64,000 nt of DNA from Laetmonice hystrix (taxonomy: Eukaryota): assembly GCA_965235115.1 (NCBI GenBank), contig OZ249451.1:17174001-17238000 (forward strand), given 5' to 3'. Position 1 is the first letter of the stretch; the number at the start of each line of letters is the position of its first letter. The notes beneath the pieces were generated by a model, which did no database searches, was not told where the DNA came from, and saw nothing but the letters and a program-made list of their open reading frames with translations. Shown here piece after piece: positions 47,979 to 58,150 of the stretch. A program made the translations under genes and the position numbers.

Positions 47979-48060
47979 GCAGTCGTGGCCGAGTGGTTAA
48001 GGCGATTGACTAGAAATCAATTGGGCTCTGCCCGCGTAGGTTCGAATCCTACCGACTGCG
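47979..48060 (+). tRNA. tRNA-Ser: tRNA-Ser(AGA)
   Basis: 82-nt gene. Confidence 0.95.
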
Positions 48061-48411
48061 TTTATTTTGTTAAAACGTTCATTTGGAAAAATTATGTTTG
48101 TTTCAATTAAGTCTGGATTTACCGTAGAAAAGGACCCGCGCCCGGCCCCTTGGCCCCACCTAGATCTGCCTCTGCAAATCCCAGTTCCTGCAGGGAGGCG
48201 ACCAAAGCTATAAAAGCGCACTGAGTGAAATGCACGGGTACCGCACATTTCCATTTCCAGTCTAAATGTAGGCGTCAAATAATGGATTTTTCATTTTAGG
48301 CTAGATCAGTTAAGTACTAAAGTGTAACACTTCCAATCTTTAGGGAGAATTGATAACATAAGCAAAGGTGCAGTAGCCATTAACCTATGGGTAGAATTGC
48401 CTGCATAAATA

Positions 48412-48493
48412 GCAGTCGTGGCCGAGTGGTTAAGGCGATTGACTAGAAATCAATTGGGCTCTGCCCGCGTAGGTTCGAATCCTACCGACTGCG
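48412..48493 (+). tRNA. tRNA-Ser: tRNA-Ser(AGA)
   Basis: 82-nt gene. Confidence 0.95.
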
Positions 48494-48622
48494 TGTATTT
48501 TGCTTTTAATTGCATTTTATTCCTTCATTCCTAACTCTAGACTTACAGACCGGAAAGAAACAGGTTGTCAGGACGGAAAGCAGCGGTAACGTAACGTAAA
48601 CAATTGGTTAACAGACAACGTA

Positions 48623-48704
48623 GCAGTCGTGGCCGAGTGGTTAAGGCGATTGACTAGAAATCAATTGGGCTCTGCCCGCGTAGGTTCGAATCCTACCGAC
48701 TGCG
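48623..48704 (+). tRNA. tRNA-Ser: tRNA-Ser(AGA)
   Basis: 82-nt gene. Confidence 0.95.
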
Positions 48705-48962
48705 TTGCTTTTGTTCAAACGTTCATTTGGAAAAATTATATTTGTTTCATTTTAGTCTGGATTTACCGTAGCAAAAGCGCCGAGCTTACCTAAGTTGGTC
48801 TTTCGCTTTATATTAATTAACGTGTTTGGCCTTAGGCACACAAAAACGCCAACAGTATGAGGAAACGGCACATACCAGATTCTATACCAGCAGCAAACTT
48901 AGAGACGGACTGGATGGGATTTGAACGGAATATTTAGTGAGAGCCGGGTAGCTTAATCACTG

Positions 48963-49044
48963 GCAGTCGTGGCCGAGTGGTTAAGGCGATTGACTCGAAA
49001 TCAATTGGGCTCTGCCCGCGTAGGTTCGAATCCTACCGGCTGCG
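48963..49044 (+). tRNA. tRNA-Ser: tRNA-Ser(CGA)
   Basis: 82-nt gene. Confidence 0.93.
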
Positions 49045-49567
49045 TTATTCTTTTTAAGCTTGTTCCGAAGGCCTGCCCACTCACGGATTTTGTCCAAAAA
49101 TACCCCTGGAGTAGTGCGTACACATTATGATATCGATAGAGTTGTCTAAGAGAAATGATAGGTCTACGCGTTTCGAGCTGTCATTGTCAGCGAGTATAAT
49201 AACTTGGTAGTCAGTATAGAGATCGGGAGTCAGGACGGAAAGCAGCGGTAACGTAAACGTCAGAGTCGATACATTTGTGTGTAGTACGTCATCACTTGCT
49301 CATTACTACAAGGGGCCTTGTAATAACATTGAGCGTACGTCCTTGACGTGTTAAAACCGAACTGTGCGTGCATGACGTACTCATAGTCTTCCTATTGGAT
49401 TTCATAGCCGGTATAATGTCTAGACCATTCTGAACTGAGTAGTGTCACTGAGTGAGTGTCCAGAACCAGGCAATGTCCAGTGAGTCTGAGATCGAGGCGG
49501 GGAGCCCTCGCCTTACAATTATGGTCAATGACGTCATTGGGCTCAATATTGGTCAGGAGACAACGTA

Positions 49568-49649
49568 GCAGTCGTGGCCGAGTGGTTAAGGCGATTGACT
49601 AGAAATCAATTGGGCTCTGCCCGCGTAGGTTCGAATCCTACCGACTGCG
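49568..49649 (+). tRNA. tRNA-Ser: tRNA-Ser(AGA)
   Basis: 82-nt gene. Confidence 0.95.
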
Positions 49650-50000
49650 TTTATTTTGTTAAAACGTTCATTTGGAAAAATTATGTTTGTTTCAATTAAG
49701 TCTGGATTTACCGTAGAAAAGGACCCGCGCCCGGCCCCTTGGCCCCACCTAGATCTGCCTCTGCAAATCCCAGTTCCTGCAGGGAGGCGACCAAAGCTAT
49801 AAAAGCGCACTGAGTGAAATGCACGGGTACCGCACATTTCCATTTCCAGTCTAAATGTAGGCGTCAAATAATGGATTTTTCATTTTAGGCTAGATCAGTT
49901 AAGTACTAAAGTGTAACACTTCCAATCTTTAGGGAGAATTGATAACATAAGCAAAGGTGCAGTAGCCATTAACCTATGGGTAGAATTGCCTGCATAAATA

Positions 50001-50082
50001 GCAGTCGTGGCCGAGTGGTTAAGGCGATTGACTAGAAATCAATTGGGCTCTGCCCGCGTAGGTTCGAATCCTACCGACTGCG
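50001..50082 (+). tRNA. tRNA-Ser: tRNA-Ser(AGA)
   Basis: 82-nt gene. Confidence 0.95.
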
Positions 50083-50211
50083 TGTATTTTGCTTTTAATT
50101 GCATTTTATTCCTTCATTCCTAACTCTAGACTTACAGACCGGAAAGAAACAGGTTGTCAGGACGGAAAGCAGCGGTAACGTAACGTAAACAATTGGTTAA
50201 CAGACAACGTA

Positions 50212-50293
50212 GCAGTCGTGGCCGAGTGGTTAAGGCGATTGACTAGAAATCAATTGGGCTCTGCCCGCGTAGGTTCGAATCCTACCGACTGCG
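50212..50293 (+). tRNA. tRNA-Ser: tRNA-Ser(AGA)
   Basis: 82-nt gene. Confidence 0.95.
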
Positions 50294-50551
50294 TTGCTTT
50301 TGTTCAAACGTTCATTTGGAAAAATTATATTTGTTTCATTTTAGTCTGGATTTACCGTAGCAAAAGCGCCGAGCTTACCTAAGTTGGTCTTTCGCTTTAT
50401 ATTAATTAACGTGTTTGGCCTTAGGCACACAAAAACGCCAACAGTATGAGGAAACGGCACATACCAGATTCTATACCAGCAGCAAACTTAGAGACGGACT
50501 GGATGGGATTTGAACGGAATATTTAGTGAGAGCCGGGTAGCTTAATCACTG

Positions 50552-50633
50552 GCAGTCGTGGCCGAGTGGTTAAGGCGATTGACTCGAAATCAATTGGGCT
50601 CTGCCCGCGTAGGTTCGAATCCTACCGGCTGCG
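50552..50633 (+). tRNA. tRNA-Ser: tRNA-Ser(CGA)
   Basis: 82-nt gene. Confidence 0.93.
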
Positions 50634-51156
50634 TTATTCTTTTTAAGCTTGTTCCGAAGGCCTGCCCACTCACGGATTTTGTCCAAAAATACCCCTGGAG
50701 TAGTGCGTACACATTATGATATCGATAGAGTTGTCTAAGAGAAATGATAGGTCTACGCGTTTCGAGCTGTCATTGTCAGCGAGTATAATAACTTGGTAGT
50801 CAGTATAGAGATCGGGAGTCAGGACGGAAAGCAGCGGTAACGTAAACGTCAGAGTCGATACATTTGTGTGTAGTACGTCATCACTTGCTCATTACTACAA
50901 GGGGCCTTGTAATAACATTGAGCGTACGTCCTTGACGTGTTAAAACCGAACTGTGCGTGCATGACGTACTCATAGTCTTCCTATTGGATTTCATAGCCGG
51001 TATAATGTCTAGACCATTCTGAACTGAGTAGTGTCACTGAGTGAGTGTCCAGAACCAGGCAATGTCCAGTGAGTCTGAGATCGAGGCGGGGAGCCCTCGC
51101 CTTACAATTATGGTCAATGACGTCATTGGGCTCAATATTGGTCAGGAGACAACGTA

Positions 51157-51238
51157 GCAGTCGTGGCCGAGTGGTTAAGGCGATTGACTAGAAATCAATT
51201 GGGCTCTGCCCGCGTAGGTTCGAATCCTACCGACTGCG
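51157..51238 (+). tRNA. tRNA-Ser: tRNA-Ser(AGA)
   Basis: 82-nt gene. Confidence 0.95.
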
Positions 51239-51589
51239 TTTATTTTGTTAAAACGTTCATTTGGAAAAATTATGTTTGTTTCAATTAAGTCTGGATTTAC
51301 CGTAGAAAAGGACCCGCGCCCGGCCCCTTGGCCCCACCTAGATCTGCCTCTGCAAATCCCAGTTCCTGCAGGGAGGCGACCAAAGCTATAAAAGCGCACT
51401 GAGTGAAATGCACGGGTACCGCACATTTCCATTTCCAGTCTAAATGTAGGCGTCAAATAATGGATTTTTCATTTTAGGCTAGATCAGTTAAGTACTAAAG
51501 TGTAACACTTCCAATCTTTAGGGAGAATTGATAACATAAGCAAAGGTGCAGTAGCCATTAACCTATGGGTAGAATTGACTGCATAAATA

Positions 51590-51671
51590 GCAGTCGTGGC
51601 CGAGTGGTTAAGGCGATTGACTAGAAATCAATTGGGCTCTGCCCGCGTAGGTTCGAATCCTACCGACTGCG
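51590..51671 (+). tRNA. tRNA-Ser: tRNA-Ser(AGA)
   Basis: 82-nt gene. Confidence 0.95.
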
Positions 51672-51800
51672 TGTATTTTGCTTTTAATTGCATTTTATTC
51701 CTTCATTCCTAACTCTAGACTTACAGACCGGAAAGAAACAGGTTGTCAGGACGGAAAGCAGCGGTAACGTAACGTAAACAATTGGTTAACAGACAACGTA

Positions 51801-51882
51801 GCAGTCGTGGCCGAGTGGTTAAGGCGATTGACTAGAAATCAATTGGGCTCTGCCCGCGTAGGTTCGAATCCTACCGACTGCG
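51801..51882 (+). tRNA. tRNA-Ser: tRNA-Ser(AGA)
   Basis: 82-nt gene. Confidence 0.95.
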
Positions 51883-52140
51883 TTGCTTTTGTTCAAACGT
51901 TCATTTGGAAAAATTATATTTGTTTCATTTTAGTCTGGATTTACCGTAGCAAAAGCGCCGAGCTTACCTAAGTTGGTCTTTCGCTTTATATTAATTAACG
52001 TGTTTGGCCTTAGGCACACAAAAACGCCAACAGTATGAGGAAACGGCACATACCAGATTCTATACCAGCAGCAAACTTAGAGACGGACTGGATGGGATTT
52101 GAACGGAATATTTAGTGAGAGCCGGGTAGCTTAATCACTG

Positions 52141-52222
52141 GCAGTCGTGGCCGAGTGGTTAAGGCGATTGACTCGAAATCAATTGGGCTCTGCCCGCGTA
52201 GGTTCGAATCCTACCGGCTGCG
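52141..52222 (+). tRNA. tRNA-Ser: tRNA-Ser(CGA)
   Basis: 82-nt gene. Confidence 0.93.
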
Positions 52223-52739
52223 TCATTCTTTTTAAGCTTGTTCCGAAGGCCTGCCCACTCAAGGATTTTGTCCAGAAATACCCCTGGAGTAGTGCGTACA
52301 CATTATGATATCCATAGAGTTGTTTAAGCTAAATTGTAGGTCTACGCGTTTCTAGCCGTCATTGTGAGCGAGTATAATAACTTGGTAGTAGAGACCGAGA
52401 GTCAGGGCGGACAGCAGCGATAACGTAAACGTCAGAGTCGATACATTTGTGTGTAGTACGTCATCACTCGCTCATTACTACAAGGGGCCTTGTAATAACA
52501 TTGAGCGTACGTCCTTGACGTGTTAAAACCGAACTGTGAGTGCATGACGTACTCATAGTCTTCCTATTGGATTTCATAGCCGGTATAATGTCTAGACCAT
52601 TCTGAACTGAGTAGTGTCACTGAGTGAGTGTCCAGAACCAGGCAATGTCCAGTTAGTCTGAGATCGAGGCGGGGAGCCCTCGCCTTACAATTATGGTCAA
52701 TGACGTCATTGGGCTCAATATTGGTCAGGAGACAACGTA

Positions 52740-52821
52740 GCAGTCGTGGCCGAGTGGTTAAGGCGATTGACTAGAAATCAATTGGGCTCTGCCCGCGTAG
52801 GTTCGAATCCTACCGACTGCG
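52740..52821 (+). tRNA. tRNA-Ser: tRNA-Ser(AGA)
   Basis: 82-nt gene. Confidence 0.95.
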
Positions 52822-53172
52822 TTTATTTTGTTAAAACGTTCATTTGGAAAAATTATGTTTGTTTCAATTAAGTCTGGATTTACCGTAGAAAAGGACCCGC
52901 GCCCGGCCCCTTGGCCCCACCTAGATCTGCCTCTGCAAATCCCAGTTCCTGCAGGGAGGCGACCAAAGCTATAAAAGCGCACTGAGTGAAATGCACGGGT
53001 ACCGCACATTTCCATTTCCAGTCTAAATGTAGGCGTCAAATAATGGATTTTTCATTTTAGGCTAGATCAGTTAAGTACTAAAGTGTAACACTTCCAATCT
53101 TTAGGGAGAATTGATAACATAAGCAAAGGTGCAGTAGCCATTAACCTATGGGTAGAATTGACTGCATAAATA

Positions 53173-53254
53173 GCAGTCGTGGCCGAGTGGTTAAGGCGAT
53201 TGACTAGAAATCAATTGGGCTCTGCCCGCGTAGGTTCGAATCCTACCGACTGCG
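53173..53254 (+). tRNA. tRNA-Ser: tRNA-Ser(AGA)
   Basis: 82-nt gene. Confidence 0.95.
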
Positions 53255-53383
53255 TGTATTTTGCTTTTAATTGCATTTTATTCCTTCATTCCTAACTCTA
53301 GACTTACAGACCGGAAAGAAACAGGTTGTCAGGACGGAAAGCAGCGGTAACGTAACGTAAACAATTGGTTAACAGACAACGTA

Positions 53384-53465
53384 GCAGTCGTGGCCGAGTG
53401 GTTAAGGCGATTGACTAGAAATCAATTGGGCTCTGCCCGCGTAGGTTCGAATCCTACCGACTGCG
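53384..53465 (+). tRNA. tRNA-Ser: tRNA-Ser(AGA)
   Basis: 82-nt gene. Confidence 0.95.
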
Positions 53466-53723
53466 TTGCTTTTGTTCAAACGTTCATTTGGAAAAATTAT
53501 ATTTGTTTCATTTTAGTCTGGATTTACCGTAGCAAAAGCGCCGAGCTTACCTAAGTTGGTCTTTCGCTTTATATTAATTAACGTGTTTGGCCTTAGGCAC
53601 ACAAAAACGCCAACAGTATGAGGAAACGGCACATACCAGATTCTATACCAGCAGCAAACTTAGAGACGGACTGGATGGGATTTGAACGGAATATTTAGTG
53701 AGAGCCGGGTAGCTTAATCACTG

Positions 53724-53805
53724 GCAGTCGTGGCCGAGTGGTTAAGGCGATTGACTCGAAATCAATTGGGCTCTGCCCGCGTAGGTTCGAATCCTACCGG
53801 CTGCG
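53724..53805 (+). tRNA. tRNA-Ser: tRNA-Ser(CGA)
   Basis: 82-nt gene. Confidence 0.93.
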
Positions 53806-54244
53806 TTATTCTTTTTAAGCTTGTTCCGAAGGCCTGCGCACTCACGGATTTTGTCCAGAAATACCCCTGGAGTAGTGCGTACACATTATGATATCGATAG
53901 AGTTGTCTAAGATAAATGATAGGTCTACGCGCTTCTAGCCGTCATTGTGAGCGAGTATAATAACTTGGTAGTCAGTAGAGACCGAGAGTCAGGACGGAAA
54001 GCAACGGTAACGTAAACGTCAGAGTCGATACATTTGTGTGTAGTACGTCATCACTTGCTCATTACTACAAGGGGCCTTGTAATAACATTGAGCGTAATCT
54101 ACGTCCTTGACGTGTTAAAACCGAACTGTGAGTGCATGACGTAGATCTACTCATGGTCTTCCTGTTGGATTTCATAGCCGGTATAATGTCTAGACCATTC
54201 TGAACTGAGTAGTGTCACTGAGTGAGTGTCCAGAACCAGGCAAT

Positions 54245-54738
54245 GGGTAAGGTCAAATCTAAGAGTTAAATGGGTGTTAACGCTAGGTATTAAGAAAGTG
54301 TTCTATAAATCGAAAATTTGACCTCGTCCTGGGTGTTTACTTAACACTGAGTTAACACTGTCTCAACAACGTGTTAACACCTAAAACACACCTTGTAAAC
54401 ACCTAGATAACTCAGGTGTCCCCTTAATCTCAGTAAGGTCCCAGGTGTCTTTGGAATTACCATAGAAAACCAATACCTAAAGTGTTAACCGCCTGTGGGT
54501 TAACACCTGAGACAGGTCAAAACTCAGAGTCAAGCTTATTCCTTATTCCACTGGTAGGAGTGGCGACCAGGTGTGACTGATGTGTCAGGTAAGTGTTACC
54601 TGAGTTTTATCAAAGTGTTACCTAGGTGTTGCCAAAATGTTAACTGGAGCCTGGTGTTAAAGGTCCAGGTTAACACCTTCCTGAGATAACACCTGGATAA
54701 TCCAGGTGTATAGTTAACTCTCAGATTTGACCTCACCC
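54245..54738. mobile_element. MITE inserted in the last array spacer
   Basis: TIR GGGTAAGGTCAAATCTAAGAGTTAA / TTAACTCTCAGATTTGACCTCACCC. TSD AAT (equivalently 5-bp CAATG if the element is read as 54246-54737). The empty site CCAGGCAATGTCCAGTG is present in the other full units. Confidence 0.9.
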
Positions 54739-54832
54739 AATGTCCAGTGAGTTTAAGATCGAGGCGGGGAGCCCTCGCCTTACAATTATGGTCAATGGCG
54801 TCACTGGGCTCAATTGGTCAAGAGACAAAGTA

Positions 54833-54914
54833 GCAGTCGTGGCCGAGTGGTTAAGGCGATTGACTAGAAATCAATTGGGCTCTGCCCGCGTAGGTTCGAA
54901 TCCTACCGACTGCG
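54833..54914 (+). tRNA. tRNA-Ser: tRNA-Ser(AGA), last array copy
   Basis: Intact 82-nt gene with diverged flanks. Confidence 0.93.
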
Positions 54915-57805
54915 AATTTTCCCTTTTGGATTGGATTTTATTCCTTCATGCAACGGCGGGGTTTTTTTTTGCTAAAACGTTCATTTGGAAAAATTATGTT
55001 TGTTTCATTTTAGTCTGGATTTACCGTAACAAAAGAGCCGAGCTTAGCAAAACTCTTTGTCAGTGTGTATCGTTCACTTATTTACTAAAGTGAAACACTC
55101 GCAATCTTCATGTAACCTGTAAAATATGCAGCGTCAGAGGAGGTAGACCACAACTTCTACTGCTCTTATGTTTAGAGAAGATGTAGGCCTACCAGTTGCT
55201 CTGCCCACATAGATTAGATTCCAGTTCTAACGACCGTATCACCTATTTTTGGGTCAACTTTGTCTCATGAATTCAAGATCCAAGCCTCAGTTTCTGCAGG
55301 GAGGCGACCGTTCTGCCCTCACCTCTACAATCGTATACTTCTACTATTCTTTCAGCAATGATCTCCAGTTTGAGGGTTCATACAAAGTGTGGCACGTAGG
55401 TAGCTACCGAGACGTACGCGTTACCACGGCCCCATCCGGATCGTTGAGAGTTTGGTTTGAGAAGGTTTGGGAACCATGGCAATCATCCCTGTGTGTTGAA
55501 AGGGGCGGTTCAGCCATCCTTCATCAGAACCATGGTTGATTTTGGCACGGACTTCCGTATGTTGACACAGGGGAACATACTGTCTATAGATTCTAGACAC
55601 GAAGAGCATCCCCACTTAATTCAATCATTATTTTCGATATGTCAACCGCCGCCTCAAAGTTCTCCGTGAAGACATCGATTTCTTTATCGCATCATTCAGA
55701 CGCAACAGTTGAACAAACCGAAAGAGACTCCTTTTGCTTTGTTTGGTTTGTCGTCGCCTCTGTCCGGGCTTTCCTCCCAGGATCTTGTGAGGTACGTTTG
55801 TGAAAAACAGGAGACGCAAGGTGAGAAGGTTACGCCAAGCAGCAGAAAGAGAAACTGGGACGAGGAGGAGGAGGAGAAGGAGGAGGAGGAGGGCAAGAAA
55901 CGGGAAAGTACAGTGTGTAACCGTATATGCCGCGTATGGGACAAATTTATTCACATAACAATTACTTGACTCAATCACTACTTTGTTTTTATATTTGATG
56001 AAGAAATAAAATAAAAATGATGTTCATATAATAAATCTTGTCTGCTGAATATGTATCTATTCACCAACGGAGTTTACTATACAACTCCCGGAAAACATTA
56101 TACTATACATGTATCAAGTAAATGGCTCTGTGCCCTAATCGACTTTCATTGTAATTACAAGAATAAACAATCGGATAAAAGATTATACGTATACACAGAT
56201 ATGATCCAAGAGTTATTTTGTGGCTCTTGGAAACGCTCCATATTGCGCTCCGTTCCCCACGGAGAGAAAAATATACGATGACATCCACTTTACTTTGAAG
56301 TTTGTAAGACTGAGATTTACAGCTTAAAAACTAAGAGATAAACAATTTAAACCGATATCGAAGAGTCTAGTCGACTCGGTTCACAACACTTTACATCTGA
56401 AATGTCTATCATGGATATGGCGTATAATTCGTGTTTTCACTGGCACAGCAAAAAAATTCATGTCCAGATAATGTGTTCATCATCGGTCAACTTCAGATGG
56501 TCTCGGGTGTGAACGACGACCCGATAATTAAAATGTTTACTCCCACAACGCGAGACTCCCACAACGCAGGTCGTGCCACAAGCCAAACAAGCGATAATAC
56601 AACTTAAAAGGGGGAAAGAAAAGCTATAAAAGGAATACAGCAAACCAACAAGAGAGCGTTTAGAAGCACTCTAGCAATGGACGGAATTGGCCTGGAGCTG
56701 TCTTTTCTTGACCCTGTTAGTTGATTAAAATTCGGGTCTCTCAAATAGTCAGACAAATAGAAGGCTGTAATACATGTGCATCGATGTGAAAAGTTGCCAT
56801 CGCCGTGCTCGGAAACTTTTATTTCACAGGAGATTGTGGAGCCATTTTAAATATCTTATCAAACAACCTTTCCAAATATCAATAGACCCAGGGATGTGAT
56901 TACCTGGCAACTGAGGCAAGACAGAGTGGGACTTGAGGCAGGACATCTTACCCGGGGCGGCGGACTGGTGAGTCTGAAGAACATTGCATCAGTGAGCAGT
57001 AAAGTATACATGTACGACCGTATATTACAGAATAATTACTGTGTAGTCTTCTATTTGTATATACGGCAGTTCGACTCCGTGAAAAAATATTATCGTTTGT
57101 GTTTCTACTCGTATCTCAACAGTAACATTCATACAGAACAGATAGAGACGACATGGACACTTCCTATAATGATAATAATCACCATAGATAGATCTTTACG
57201 TCACATTCAAGGGATTTCCCATCTTACAACATTTTTACAGACTGCCTATACCAATGATGGGTCAGCTGCAATTGGCCCGTTTAAGACTGGAAACACAATC
57301 AAACTAGAATTGTTTAAATCCAGGTGAACGTTTTCCATACTTTAACACGTTGTTAGGGTGATTTAGGAATGGTCTGCCCTGTAGAGGTATCTATGGTATA
57401 TTACTTACGCGGTACCTTAATGCTTTCACATCATAATATGAAACGCCAGAAAAACTAGTCTTGTTGAAATTGACCATCCTGAATTTTATGGTCAAATATA
57501 TTCATTTTCGATCTAAGTATAGGGATGTCTAAGGAAAGGCCAGGGTTTGACCAAAGGTCGAAGGAGAAAGTTCCCAGCATTTCAATTTCGACCCAAATTA
57601 GGCATTTCTTATCGCAATTTTTTTTAGTACACAGGAAAAGGTTATCTTCTCTTCCCATGGCCCTGGTATCTTAAGTGCTCTCCACCTTGACTAATGTCAA
57701 GAGCCTTTTATTAGAACTTATTGACATTTTAAGAGCAAGTACAAAGATGGGAGTTTACTGGAACACGGGTCATAAACCACTAATGGCATATTTCAAATGT
57801 TTCTC

Positions 57806-58150
57806 CTATCTGTTGTGGAGGCTAAAGGAAAGTCCTACAGCTAAACTAATCAACACTTCAAATAAGTGCGAGAAGTTGATTCCAGTGCCACTGGTCACAA
57901 CACCCATACATTGTACATTGTTTTGTTCACAGTACTGGTGACCTGCTGTTCCGGAATACTTATAGATATATTCATCTCCCTTCCCTTTCTCAACACGGAT
58001 GTTGTCACGTGATGCCAAGGAGGGGTCCTCATCAAAATAATTGTATGGGAGCAAGAAAAATGTCATTTGGACACTTGGGGTTGTGACGATTGGAATGTCC
58101 TCTGAATGGGGAATGTGATGAGCTCCTAATGTTACCCACGCCACGAGATC
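57806..58150 (-). CDS. Amine oxidase exon 5 (terminal)
   Basis: [20 protein letters not shown]...[19 protein letters not shown]. Confidence 0.88.
   Translation of the reverse strand, partial: DLVAWVTLGAHHIPHSEDIPIVTTPSVQMTFFLLPYNYFDEDPSLASRDNIRVEKGKGDEYIYKYSGTAGHQYCEQNNVQCMGVVTSGTGINFSHLFEVLISLAVGLSFSLHNR

Larger units (their letters stand above)
39660..55310 (+). repeat. Tandem tRNA-Ser gene array: about 1.57-1.59-kb units (AGA, AGA, AGA, CGA) plus 1.1-kb deletion units; 37 genes
   Basis: Unit period 1589 bp (47979 to 49568 to 51157); 2675-bp higher-order period (43716 to 46391, 43132 to 45807). Confidence 0.97.

Noticed and set aside
41058-53039. Repeated 93-aa ORFs (MTPTFRLEMEMCG...) and the 117-aa ORF at 54740
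   Set aside because: They are antisense or sense read-throughs of tRNA genes and spacers with no protein-like features.
40083-54914. CRISPR-like pattern of an identical repeat with intervening spacers
   Set aside because: The repeat is an 82-nt tRNA-Ser gene, the spacers themselves recur periodically, the context is eukaryotic and no cas genes are present.
55628-55978. Short ORFs around a GAG/GAA-rich tract (poly-Glu or poly-Leu/Ser)
   Set aside because: Low-complexity purine microsatellite with no recognisable domain or exon structure.
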